Shown here: one piece after another, positions 51,089 through 64,000 of the stretch | Position numbering within the stretch: the first letter of the stretch is position 1 | Layout of the letters: each line of letters starts with the position of its first letter | Source: Octopus sinensis | Taxonomy: Eukaryota | Length of the DNA: 64,000 bases | Assembly (NCBI RefSeq): GCF_006345805.1 | Contig: NC_042998.1 | Coordinates: 40,982,001 to 41,046,000, forward strand | Reading direction: 5' to 3' | Program-made: the position numbers and the translations under genes | Notes under the pieces: generated by a model | The model's database searches: none | What the model was told of the DNA's origin: nothing | The model's input: the letters and a program-made list of their open reading frames with translations, nothing else

Positions 51089-51251
51089 GTAAAATTAAAA
51101 GACATGAAGTCCCAAGAAGAACGTGTTGAACATCTTAAAGTGCAAGCAAATGCTTTGTTGCAACAAGAGAAGAAGACAGGAAAGAAAGAGAAAGTTCAGT
51201 TTGATCTTGATGCATTTAATCAGCGGTGGGAAGCTGTTTATCAGAAGATAG
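51089..51251 (+). CDS. DMD: Dystrophin exon (spectrin repeat 5)
   Basis: aaaag| ... |gtaggt; VKLKDMKSQEERVEHLKVQANAL...DAFNQRWEAVYQKI; acceptor has a weak pyrimidine tract. Confidence 0.88.
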
Positions 51252-52049
51252 GTAGGTTTCATACTATGTTTATTCAATCATTACATGATCTTGAGTAATG
51301 TTTTTGTGCAGAAATTATTGGAAAATATTGTTTTATGCTGAAGTATTTGTTGCAGGCCCAAGAAAACAGGGCTCTGCAGTTAAAAACATGTCAATGCAAG
51401 GTAGCGTAAAAAATGTCATCAAACTGATGCTAATTCAAAATGCTTGTTTACTTACTTCATGGAAAAGTCTTTATTTCTTGTTTGTTATATTAGCATATTT
51501 TAGTAAGTAAGCCACTTGATTTACTTAGTTTATTGAAATGCCCTCATTGGAACTTAAGATAGTGTATTATATTTAAAGAACAGAAGAAATGATTCCTTTT
51601 GTTTATAAAAGAATCTTTTCTCTGAATGACAGTGTGTGGTACATGTGATCAGAAGTGTGAGCCTGATATGAAAGCATAAGTATTAAATGCAGAAGAGCAG
51701 CTACAAGGAATAAAGAATAAACTAGGTTGATAACCATACATTTTTCAGTATGAAATTGAGAGAGGTACTGAATGTTTGTTGTTGTTTGATCGGCAATATT
51801 TTTGCTGTGAACATCTTGTTTTTGTTTTTTCTTTTCAAACAGCATTTCTAAAACCATATTATCCAATGTAACCTCCTATTTTTAAGATGGTACTCTGTGA
51901 CTGTGTGGTTTGAAGAATGTTTGTCTGCTATTTGTAGCAGGTTTGGCAGGAATGTTATGTAAATTTAAGAGATGTGTAGAAGAAAGGCAAGTGATTTCAT
52001 AGAAACATGAGAATTGATATTGAGTAAATATGGATAAATTGGTGCAGGA

Positions 52050-52445
52050 GTGGCTGTGTGGTAAGAAGCTTGCTTCCCAACCACATGGTTTTGGGTTCAG
52101 TCCCACTGTGTGACACCTTGGGCAAGTGTCTTCTACTATAACCTTAGGCCAACTGAAGCCTTGTGAGTGGATTTGGTAGACAGAAACTGAAAGAAGCCAG
52201 TTGTATATATATATATGTATGTATATATATATGTATGTATATATATGTCTTTGTGTCTGTGTTTGTCCCCACCATCACCGCTTGACAACTGGTGTTGGGG
52301 TGTTTACATCCCTGTAACTTAGCAGTTCAGCAAAAAAGACTGATAGAATAAGTACCAGGTTTAAAAAATAAGTATTGGGGTTGATTCATTCAACAAAAAA
52401 TTCAAGGCAGTGTCCCAGCAATGACTGAAACAAGTAAAAGATAAA
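52050..52445 (+). mobile_element. tRNA-derived SINE with CORE-like segment (relatives near 428-845, 19560-19870 minus, 25305-26100)
   Basis: gctgtgtggtaag / gggttcagtcc promoter boxes, ccttgggcaagtgtctt, tail gaaacaagtaaaaga. Confidence 0.8.
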
Positions 52446-53919
52446 AGATGTAAAAACAAAATTTACTTTAGATTTGAACAAGCTTGATTTGATAATTGCA
52501 ATGACATCAAATAGAGGTAGATTCTACTGAATTGTTTTGCAATGGAAAATGGAAAATTACTTGTTTAATGTCATGGATGATTTTAAATATAGTTTTCCCA
52601 AAAGCATGCAACTTTAGGTGTGTTGGCTTTTAATAATTTTAATTTTTACACTTTGGAGTGGATGCTTTTTTCATTTCTCTCTCTGAAAATCTAAGTAAAA
52701 TAAAATAAAATATGTTGGCTAACTGCAACAAGCAGAGTAGTATATATTGATTATAAACATCACTTAATTACTGGCAGTCACTATTCCAGAAACCTAATTT
52801 TATAACATTAATCTCACATTTACTCTACTGGAGAATGGTAAATGTACATGTTGTATAAAATATTAGTTTGATATATATTATCTTGAAATAATATTTTCTT
52901 GTACCCTGCTTTTTCTCTCTAAATTTGTTGGTAGTTGAGACTACTACAGAAGTTAGATATAAACAGAGAGTTTCATATTTCATGCAAATGCACTTATGAA
53001 ACAGTTTAGTATAAAACTCCAGGTTCTTGAGCAACTCTTGTAGTATTAACAGCCAATGAAAATAAAATAAGATTATATGTACTCTTCACTACATATCGAG
53101 TTCTCTTCCCCATGTTTATAAACCAAACATACTCATGCATGTAAATGCTTGCACGTACCTGTTTCAGTATGTTATTTAAGTACTGGACCCTTGAAAACTG
53201 AATGATTTAAAAAAGGAACAACTCGGTTACCTAAATGTTTTAATTTTAATGATCATTCTCTTTTAGGAAAATATTTCAATCTCTAAAATACTTTTACTTT
53301 AGTTTTTAAGTTGGCTAAAAATCTTTTGGGTTTAAATGTTTTATTTATAAAGAAAAGTATCTAAAGAATAATGTAGTAAATGACAATATCATTGTGTATA
53401 ATCTCAAGAATATTCAACCTTCCAACCTCTGTATGTCTCATTTTCCAGTGTTTGATTATGTCTCTTAATCGTCTTTGCTTTTCTGTTTGTTGACAATTTT
53501 TTTTTCTGCGTTGTATTTTTGTATCTCCCTTTGTCGCTTTCCTTCCAATATCCATCCATGTTAACAGAAGATACAGACTGTGAGTATTACAATTGCTGTT
53601 GTACTTCTGTCTTAGTGTTGTGTTTTGTCATGTTGTCACCCTAAGCTAAATCTTTTCTTTGCCTTGACAAACAATTTTAATGTTACCTGAATGTCATCAT
53701 ATAAACAGACAAGCATGCAATATAAGTGTAAGATGTTTTAATATTATTGCTCTTGTTAACACTACTATTACATTGTTCAGTTTAATTTATAATTTTATGA
53801 TAAGCTATGAAATAAGTAGTGGCACTTAGAGAAAGTTAGAAGCTATAAAATACATCCATTGTGTGCAATACCAGATTTTTTTTTTTCCCCAAGAAAATGT
53901 CTGTTGTAAATATCTATAA

Positions 53920-54146
53920 ATTTGAGTGTGGCCTTTGCCAGTACCGCTTGACTGGCCCTCATGCCGGTGGCACGTAAAAGGACCCACTACACTCTCGGAG
54001 TGATTGGCGTTAGGAAGGGCATCCACCTGTAGAAACTCTGCCAGATCAGATTGGAGCCTGGTACAGCCATTGGTTTGCCAGTCCTCAGTCAAATTGTCCA
54101 ACCCATGCTAGCATGGAAAGCGGACGTTAAACGATGATGATGATGA
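53920..54146 (+). mobile_element. RTE 3'-end copy
   Basis: gccggtggcacgtaaaa..gaagggcatcc..gcatggaaagcggacgttaaac(gat)n. Confidence 0.88.
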
Positions 54147-55429
54147 ATATGAGGTTTTGTATTCTTATAATATTTCAATTCTCTTGTTTTGTGTGTGTGT
54201 GTGTGTGTGTGCATGTACATGTGCACACACATACACTTTTGTACTGCTAGCTGTCACTCACTCACTTTCTGTCCAGTCCTTCATTGAGATCTGTTAGTCT
54301 CTTACCATCACTATCTTGATTATCTGTAACTAATGTTCTCTTGCTTGCAAACATTACTCTTCTATGCTTCTAGCTACCATTCTTTTTCCCCCCAGTTACC
54401 AAGTTACTCATTATTGGTATCTATTATACTGTCATATTGCTCTCTTACCGACAAAAATTTAACTTCCATGTCTCTGTCTCATTACTCTCTGCTGTCACTG
54501 CCTCCTTTTCCTCCTCCCCTTCCATATGGTCACTTCAATGATTATATCCCTTTTTCATGCTCATGTTTCTTTCTCCATTTCACACTAGTTCTCATAGTTC
54601 ATTTTCTGCAATTGCCCGTTCTATCCAGTCCACTTGTCAACTGGAACGAGCAATAATAACGTTGAGTAGTAATGGCTCTTTTGTCTTGCAGAGTACAAGG
54701 TAACCCACTAATTCTGGTTCCTTGTATACTCTATAAAGTGTTTGCTGAATGAGCAGAGTAAACATAGGGTCAAGAGGTGTTTTTAGTTCTGTCTTCTGGA
54801 GGACATAAGATTTAAAAAGCTGGTACCATGATAAAATATACTTTGTATACTCTGTAAAGTTGGTGTTAGGGAGAGCATCCAGTCTTATAAAAGACCTGTC
54901 TAGGAGAGCAATAACTCCAAATAAGAACTGATATGGACTAGGATCATCAGCAATGTCAGCATGGAAATCAGATGTGTACTGATGATATATACATATGCCA
55001 CACAAATATCTATCTGTTTGTCTGTCTGTCTGTATCTCAATGTATGTGCTTGTGTATGTTTATATGTATAATACTAAAAGTTGCCATCTGTTTTTGTGTG
55101 TACCACAATTTTTAGTGAAAACAATTCATTATGTTGATAAAAGGTTTTGAGTTCATGTACTCTTAAACAATACATTTCTGGGTTCTAGGAATTGAAAAAT
55201 GTTGTTTATTATTTTATGTGCAAGAGAAAGTATTTTTCAGCCATTCATGGAAGAAAGACAATTCATGAATGTTGTTGAAATGGAAGAAGGGCTGCTGAGT
55301 GTATATATATCAACATATAAAGAAAAATTGATGCAATATCCATACAGTAAAAAAGATTGGTAGAATAGCTCATAGCAAAATACAAGAAAAAAAAGGATAG
55401 TGTACATATCTCAAAAATGCTTCAGAATT

Positions 55430-56100
55430 GCCAATTAAAATGTCTGGTTAACATTTTGACCAGAGGGAACAAATTCTGTGTGGGCAATTCCTTTCACATC
55501 GATGAAGCAAATCAGCATCATTTTGACATTGGACTTCACTTGATGTGCTTTTATGCAGCATGGTGATATCGAATGCTTCTATTAACTTGATTGCTGCTTC
55601 ATTTCTGGGTCGTAGCTGTATCACCAGCTTTCGTCACCAGTGATCTTTGGAAATGGTCTGGATCAACTTCCAACTGTTCTTTCAGTTCCTGACATGCATT
55701 CAGTTGTGACTACTTTTAAGCTTTCATGAGTAAGCAAGGTACAAATGTTGCTGCAGTTCTTTTCATTTGCAACTCCTTGCTCAAAATTCATTGACAGGTC
55801 CTCCAGGACACACCAGTCATATCAACAAGTTTGTCAATTTTTTGGTGACAGTCCTCCAAGACCAGTTCATGAACTTTTGTGATGTTTTCATTCATTCGGG
55901 AGGTCAACGGTTGCCCTGTACAAGGTTGGTCTTCAAGCAACAAGTGAACATTCCTGAAGCTTGAAAACCATTTGCAAACTTGTTTTGCTCATAACAGTGT
56001 CCTTGTAAACTGTTTGAGGCATGACTACTGCTTTGGCCACCATTTTCCCCAGCAGAAAACAGAATTTCATGAAAGCACACAGTTCCTTCGTTTCAGCCAT
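55430..56100 (-). pseudogene. Mariner transposase remnant
   Basis: MAETKELCAFMKFCFLLGK..EDQPCTGQP..ITGDESW*YSYDPEMKQQSS with stops and frameshifts. Confidence 0.88.
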
Positions 56101-56561
56101 TGCAAAAATTGACGGACAAATGAGAAACATTGCAAAAGAAAGACGTATCACTTGGCAGTACAACTTATTTATATATTTACAGTACAGATTTACATGGAGT
56201 ACAAAAGATACAGTAAAATAAGGGGAGAGGATAAGGTATTTCAAGTCTGACAGCTGTTTCTGGTGACTCAGAATGACTTAAAACTCATAATGTTTGCAAG
56301 TGGAGTGTGCAAAACTTCAAAAATATGCAACCAGTAGTGGATAAATATAAACATTACTGTAAATTTGGCCTCCATCTTCGGGTTGGACAGATTGTTTATT
56401 TGTATTATTATTTCCATATCAGCTCACCTGGATTTCTCTTATAGCCACTCTTTACCCTGTAGACTTAGTCCTCAATAAAGGTTTTGGAGTGTAAGCACAG
56501 AATCATTTGAGCATTAGTATGTGTTTTCTATATTGAGCATCCCTGGATCTCGCCTGTTGAC

Positions 56562-56617
<56 letters not shown>

Positions 56618-58408
56618 CATACATATATATATATATATACATACATATATATATATCTGATTCTTTATTTATATAAAACAAAAGGTGCTGGATTTTTGAT
56701 TGGCAGTTAATTATAGCTACTTATATATATTTGCATATGTACATGTTTCTATGGGTACACAAATGTGCATGCGCATATACATACACACAGATGGAAATTT
56801 CAACGAAGACCGCATGACAGATGACAACCAATGAACTCCAATGATTATCCACTTAATGGCTTTCAAACCCATTGACATATATGATCAACTGACAGTCAGT
56901 TCTTGTCACAGGAATGAAATCTCAATTTGTCAAAACACGTGAAAAACACTCTTGTATAATGCTATAGTATAATATTGAACCTTGGATCACATTGAAGCAT
57001 AGCAACTTTTTAATCCTATAGTCAGGTGTCTATATTAATGTACATGTGTGTATATTATGGATTAGCACTTAGGTACTTTTTTCCTTGGCAGTTGATCATT
57101 TTTCCTGTCTCATTCAGCTTGTTGTTGAAAATTAAGTGCTGAAATGTTTATTTTCTTAATTATTTCGCATCATATATAGCAACATTAATCTACCAGTTGA
57201 AGCTGTTTTAGTGTCCAACCTTTTATTAGTGATGTGTTGTTTAATAAATTAATTCCTGCTTGAAAAGGAGTACAAGGGAAAAAAGAAAACTAATAAGTTT
57301 GCTATTTATATCTTTATTGGAAATATGATAAATACAGTATTCTTGCATTGCTGCAGAAATACTAGGAGCTTGTTATATTTGTGGTCAAATCATATTATAT
57401 CTCTTGAAAAAAATGAAACATTCTATTTATTTTGAATTATAATTTATTTCTTGAAGAAATAAAATGCTGTATCAGAAAAAAGAATTAACATAATTTTTTT
57501 CATAGAGTTTTTAAGAATTATTTTACAATATTAATTTCTATTCGTTGTATCTGGTTATTTGGGAAAGGATTCATGTAGGCAAAAATATTTCATTAAAGAA
57601 TTTGTTGGACAGTTTACAAAACTAAAATATATATAACCATAAATATAAGTGGGTGAAAAAGAATTTATAAAATTGGTTTCTATTAAGGATTTCAATATAC
57701 ATTCTTTCATTGTCAAATAAGATTACTTTTTAAAGATGTCATCTTTTCTGTCTTCAATTATTAAACTGGACAATGAATTTCATGTGTAAACATGAAATTG
57801 TTTTAAAATTCTACTTTGGATTATATCAGGTTAAACATTGCTACATATTACATATGTGAAATACAGAAGTTTAAAAAACAACTCTTCTCGAGTTTAAAAA
57901 TATTTTATTGCATATATCTGAATAATTGTTGCAGTAAGGCTTTTTCGTAAGGTAGGAGGTCTTTCATAACGATTTTACAAAAAGTGTTCTAAGGTGAATT
58001 CTAAAATATTTGTTTGGACTGCGCTCTCGCCACACACAGACGCATTCACCCTCACTCTCCAAACTATAATATAGGTGATATTTTTACTAATTACAACAAA
58101 CTGCAACTGCTCCAATTGTTGTACTCAATGTTATATAAACAATTATTTTACAACTGTAAAACCAGTATCAAAATCAAATTTATAATTTTTACTCCAAAGT
58201 AAAACCATAGTTTTACTAATAAAGTAAAATTTTAATTACTAAACTACTCTTTTTGTTTGCAGTATTTGTATTTAAAAAAAAAGCCAGAAATACATGAATA
58301 TGATATTTTAGAGTCAAAGCAATGAAATATAGTTTCAGAAATATTGAGCTTTAAATATTTCAAATTATTTACTTATAATTATCATTACTTGAAATATTTG
58401 TTTTGTAG

Positions 58409-58581
58409 GGAAGCAGAAAGAAGAACTTGAAAAGGCTTTGGAAGAGATACCTTCTCGTCCTTATTTGAGTGCTCTTGGAGCCTTACTTAAATGGATCAGT
58501 GATATGGAGGAAATTCTCAACACAGAAAATATCCATTTCAGTGGTATCTCTTCTCTGGAGAAACAAATGAAGCAGTACAAG
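58409..58581 (+). CDS. DMD: Dystrophin exon (spectrin repeats 5-6)
   Basis: tttgtag| ... |gttagt; KQKEELEKALEEIPSRPYLSALGALLKWISDMEEIL...KQMKQYK. Confidence 0.93.
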
Positions 58582-58672
58582 GTTAGTAAAATTCCTTATC
58601 TATTATACTAATTTCTAAACTTTAAAAATTTTTAAATGATATTTAAACAATATACAACTGGGAAGTTAATAT

Positions 58673-58712
<40 letters not shown>

Positions 58713-59559
58713 GTCTGTCTGTCATGTTCTCTCTCCTCCAACCCCATCCTATTAATTCACAGAAATGATTTCAGGAAAGTTAGGTGAGCTCTCAGTAAGT
58801 TGTACTTTCAGAGAAGTTCTAAATGATTATCATGACAGAAAAAGGAGATAGAGGTTTATAACATAGAGGGAAATCGGCAATTTCTACAAGGCAACTACTG
58901 AAGGCTATAAACAAGATATGTGGGCCATGCAATAGAGAAAAATATCAAGTAGCGAAAAGAGGATCTAAAGGCTGGACATATTTAGCAAAGGGAGAAGAAA
59001 AAGAAAGTGGTTTGCACATGTTTTGTGACATGAGGATTAAGAGCATGATATGTTATAAGTTACACTGAAGAGAATCTAGATGTAATGAGTTTAGAGAATG
59101 ATCATAGCACATTTGCTTTTACTGATGTTAGAAAGAAAGTAGCATAGAGACTGTTGAATTAGGAGATTGCTTGAGAGGGAGAGTGTCTATAACAGTCTGA
59201 TCAACAGAACAAATAAGAATATGATAGCAAGGAAATCAGCTGGTCTGTCAGAGATAGTCACAGTGATGTTTAAAATATTTGGCAAAGAAGTTACATACTA
59301 GTATTTCAAATAGTCAACCAAAGAATATAGGAAGGTGACATACTCAGTGATGGTGTACCAGTATCATTGTCAATTGATACAAGGGTAAAAGCCATACACT
59401 AAAGGCCACAGAAACCTCAAATTGTTGGGCAAGAGTTATCAAAAAATTGATTAGAAACAAGATTAACTTGAATGTTATTTGGGTTTGTGGTACTAAAGAT
59501 ACTATATTCATAAAGAGAGAATTGCAAGAAAATTTGTTAGCTATGAGTAAGCCCTTCCC

Positions 59560-60640
59560 CATACTCAACATTTGTTGACCTGGTGATGGCTTTTGACAAG
59601 GTCTGGTATTCATGAACGATGCTAGGGGTACATGAATGGCTTATGAGGGTTGTGCAGTCTATGAACAGAGGTGCAATCATCAATTACAAATTTAGCATGT
59701 ATGCAGAGGTTCATTCAGTTATCTCCATATCTATATATTATAGTCATCCAAGCCATAACAAACTATGCTGATGACCTAATTCTTAAAGCAAAATCTGTAG
59801 AAGATTTAGAGATGTTCCTGACAAAGAAGCAAAACTTGGTATAGTCCTTAAACTTACTAAAACTACAGTTTTACTAAGTAGGAAAGAATTAAAGACCTTG
59901 TTACCATCAAGGAAATAGCCTTGGTATACAGAAAAGGAGGAAGTAGAAATTTCATATGGTGGCCAAGTGTAAGTAAGAGAACACAAGAAGTGAAGTGGGA
60001 TCACAAATAGTTTAACAAAGTAGGTAGGCTTCATATGTGGGTAATAAACACTATAAGTATATAGGAAACAGGTTTTCTCAAATGTCCAGCTAGCTCCGGG
60101 TAGTTGATAACTTCTGTTACTGAGGTGGGTGTTCTGAAAGCTTAGTGGTGAGAGTAAGAACAGACTGGAAAAAATTCTAGGAGCTGTTATCTCTGCTGGT
60201 GACAAAAAGCTTTTCTTTCAGAGTGAATGGCAGATTGTATGCTATTTGTGTACAAAATGAGATAAAGCATGGTAAAAAGTCAACTGCTGGAGAATTTATG
60301 CAAATTGTAAAGAAATTAAGCAAGCATACTTTGCTGGATGCATAGTGTTAGTGTGCATGAATAACAAAGTTCAAGTAAGTTGAGGGAAAAATTAGATATA
60401 AGTGGAATCAGATGGGTGCAGTGTGCAAGAGAAAAGAATGCACTGGTAGTGACTTGTGATGTATATAGGGTGTAACTGCTGTATGAGGAATTGCTAAGCT
60501 CTTTGTTTAAATGGAAGCTGTGGAAGAGGAAGACCAAGAAAGACTGGGATGAAGTGGTGAAAACTGATGGCATTTCACAAAGATGACTAAGGACCATGAT
60601 GATTGGTGACACATGATGCTGGAGAAAATCCAACCGCATG
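59560..60640 (+). pseudogene. Old RTE-family RT remnant
   Basis: FVDLVMAFDKV, YADDL, decayed PHD region, GQIVCY/KDWDEVVK-like segments. Confidence 0.75.
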
Positions 60641-62093
60641 TGTAAGCATGGCAAAACATACATGGAAATGGTGGTAGTAATGGAGGCTGGGATATAGTGT
60701 GTGTGTATGTGTGTCTGTGTATATATGGGCTTTTCACTTGTTTTGTACCAGCTAATTCTTTATTTGCTATTCCTCTTTTCTGTTCAATACCCCTTTCATC
60801 TCCTAGTTACTGCACTATGTAACCCATGCAATAAGGGAAAATAGATATGAGCATGCTCATTGCTGGCCTACTACAATCCACATCTCTCTACTCTCTGCTC
60901 CCTTCCATCATGTTCTCTGTTACCATATAACATTACTCTTCTCTACTGCTAGTCACCACTCCCTCTTCTCCAGTCAGTCATTAGTGACATCTTTCCCACT
61001 CTCATACCACTGACCATTTTTATTACTTTCCATCACTTCCTCACTCTCTTTTTCTCCCCTCACCAGCAAACATAATTGTTGTTCACATGTTTGTCCCTGC
61101 CATTAATGTTTCTCTCATTTTACTCTGGAATTAATGTCTCTTTTTGCATTACTCCTTTTAACATTGCCTCTCCCATTTCTCCTTCTACACTTTCACCAGA
61201 ATAGTGTTCCCCACTCACCCTAGTTAATTTTCAGCTACCACCTTTTCTTCTACCCACCCTATTGGTCATGTTGCTTTAAATTAACAAAGAAAGCATAGAG
61301 GAATGAGCTTGACTGTTCTGTGTCTGTGAAGAACTGTTCAACTCATGTCAGAATGGAAAGTGACATCCTTTTAATCCGCTTTCCATACTGCATGGATTTG
61401 TCGGTAGTCACAGTCAAAGACAATTCTTATCAGGATTTACTGCTCTCGTAGATGTCTTGCTTGTATGTTTCATTTTTTACATGGTTTCTAAGGCCAGATG
61501 TCCTTCATATCACCATCTGTACTAGGTGCAGTTTATTATGGCACCAGTACCCAAAAAGGATGTTATATCCCCAAAGGACTAAAGGGGCCTTATTGACCCC
61601 ACATTGTTTCCACTCATTTATCACTCACTTTGTAGAGTGTACTGAATGCATTCTGGCACTATCACAATTGGAATTGTCTTGTAATTTGTAAAATTGAAAA
61701 GTGTTGTTAGATCAGGTCAACATGACCTAGTAGGTGAGCAATGACAGAAGTTGAACTAGAATGGGTAGATGAATGGAACAAAAGTATGATAGCAGAAACC
61801 TAGTGATTTGGTGAGAGAGAGAAAGATGAATAATAAGTGGAGAATGGTAACAGTGAGTGATGGACTTCAAATAAATGATGACTGGCAGTACAGAAAGGGT
61901 AATGGTAGGGTGTATCAGGTACAAACAGATACAATGTCATTGTCATGGATGAGAGAGGTAGAGTGATAAGGGTGGTGGTAGAGGGGAGTAAATGTGGGTA
62001 GATTCAGTATCATTCTTTGTTACTGGGCTGTATGAATGATATACAGATGAATGAACACACACATACAATATCTTTTTTTTCTTCCTCTTTTAG

Positions 62094-62309
62094 AAACTTC
62101 GAAGTGATCTTCAAGAACATATACATAGTTTAGAATATGTGAATAAAACAGGCCAACAACTGGTAAAGAAATCTCAAAGCAATGAGAGAGCTAAATCTCT
62201 TGAGACTGATTTAATATCCTTGAACTGTAGATGGAGTGAAGTTTTTAATACAGTTGATGTACGTATGGATATTCTCGATAGAACTATTGGACAACTGCAG
62301 TCATTTCAG
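62094..62309 (+). CDS. DMD: Dystrophin exon (spectrin repeat 6)
   Basis: ttttag| ... |gtacaa; KLRSDLQEHIHSLEYVNKTGQQLV...LNCRWSEV...QLQSFQ. Confidence 0.94.
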
Positions 62310-62835
62310 GTACAATCTCTTAAAATAATCACTTTTACTTTTTATAAAAACAAAAGTTAAAAATTCTCATTACCCACAAGAATGATTAAAGTACTTTATC
62401 AAGAACTAATTACATAGAATTTGTTGAAAATATGTTTATGCCATTTTGGAATGAATTAATCCAATTTTCATAATTACATTTTTATAGGATTGAGTTATTA
62501 AATTCTTACTTGTTAGTTAAATATTTTTAAAAAATATTTTTTACATTGTAATTTTTATGATTATGAAAAACCATTTTACTTTTTCTATAAAAATGTATTT
62601 TAATGTAACTCTTCTGTTTGATAGTAATTACTTTTCTATACTAAGTGGTATAAACAAAAATAATTTCATTACAAATCTACAATCATTTTCAAACAGTAAT
62701 GCAAAGTGGATTATCTTTTCATCATTATATTTGTTTTATCCAATTAATTTTGTATTAATTGTGAAAATATGTTTTCTCTTCCAAACTAGTCATTGACTCT
62801 TAAATATAACTGAATATTTCTTAATTTATTCATAG

Positions 62836-62949
62836 AATCAATTGGTTGGCATGGTCCGCTGGACGAAAGAAATGCAGGTGTTTTTACAGGCTGATGATCC
62901 AGCAACAGGAGATTTACAAACTCTTGCTGCTCAAATGAATGAAAGCAAT
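62836..62949 (+). CDS. DMD: Dystrophin exon (spectrin repeat 7)
   Basis: catag| ... |gtaaga; NQLVGMVRWTKEMQVFLQADDPATGDLQTLAAQMNESN; 114 nt. Confidence 0.94.
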
Positions 62950-63215
62950 GTAAGAATTGTAATACAACAATCTTTTCTTTTTCTTAAATGAAGTTATTTT
63001 AATTTTAAATTATAGTCAATCACATCAATGAATCATGTAAAATGATTTTTAAAAATTAACAGGAATATTAAAGAAAAACATATGATGTTATTTTAAAATT
63101 TTGAAAATATTTTTTATAACCAAATCGTTTTAAAACAAATTATTTTCATAAAAAAAAGTTTCGGAAAAAATGTCTGGTGATTGTTGCAATACTGATCTTT
63201 TCTATTTACTTATAG

Positions 63216-63542
63216 GGAGTTCTTGAAGATATTTTAACATTACAAGAAAATGTTGATAGTATTGGGGAACTGCATAATCAACTGTGTGAATATGCTGATG
63301 AACAATTTACTAAAGACATAAAAGAACAGGTGAAAGATATGAATGAAAAGTGGAATAGTGTTGTTACTCTTGCCCAAGAACAGAACACTCGTCTTGCTAA
63401 TGCAATCAAATACAGTAAAGATATTTTCTCCAGAATGGAAAGCTTAACTAAGTGGACAGAACAACAAAAACAGCAACTCAACAACAAGGATTATGCAGTG
63501 GATAGTATCAACGATTTGTTAGTTAAAAATAAAAAATTCAAG
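63216..63542 (+). CDS. DMD: Dystrophin exon (spectrin repeats 7-8)
   Basis: tatag| ... |gtacag; 109 open codons GVLEDILTLQENVDSI...KWNSVV...LLVKNKKFK. Confidence 0.94.
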
Positions 63543-64000
63543 GTACAGTATAATTTTTAGAAATTTAACTTCTCTATTATAATCGTATACCCCTGTCATC
63601 CATGTACTATTTTAATTTAAAGCTAAATAATTTTGTATTACTTTATATCAGTCTTGTCAAATAAATATTTTTGTAATGATGTATTAAAAGAACAAGCTCA
63701 TACATACTTAACATCATAAAATTCATTTGATTTCATCAATTTTAGAGAAGGGTTAACAAAATGTCCATTGTCTGGAAATCTTTCATAACATACTCGTAAC
63801 CTCTTCAGCAACTCTTCCATCCCACATGGAAGAATCACTGAAGAGGTTACAAGTATGTGACAGTAGTTTACAACATTATTTTCTTCAGTGGCCTATCAAT
63901 TTAGTACTGTTATAAAAAAAATTAAAGTTTTGAGAACAATTTCTTGTTTGTTCATAAGCTGTCAGACTGACATTCATGCATTGCAGACACACCCACATAA

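Noticed and set aside
56810-56940. Cluster of TGACA/TGTCA (TALE-like) motifs
   Set aside because: 5-mers in AT-rich DNA; cannot be supported without cross-species alignment

Overview
AT-rich animal genomic DNA, most consistent with an octopus/cephalopod (inferred from the repeat complement). The + strand carries an internal part of a dystrophin gene: 17 GT-AG exons (1089-63542, 3235 nt, about 1078 codons) join in one frame with matching phases and encode the second calponin-homology domain, hinge 1 and the first spectrin repeats. The gene starts and ends outside the window. The introns are dense with mobile DNA: one intact RTE-clade LINE (44325-49763; 1055-aa APE+RT ORF with a PHD finger inside the RT, tandem 5' monomers, (GAT)n tail) inserted about 11 nt downstream of a splice donor, many truncated copies of the same family, remnants of Dong/R4, CR1-like, Penelope, Gypsy and mariner elements, hAT/piggyBac/Harbinger-like MITEs and several tRNA-derived SINE families. 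Other notable features are a perfect 46-bp inverted repeat, tail-to-tail LINE hairpins, a degenerate hammerhead-like motif and a coding poly-Asp tract. All calls come from manual reading and translation; no database searches were run.
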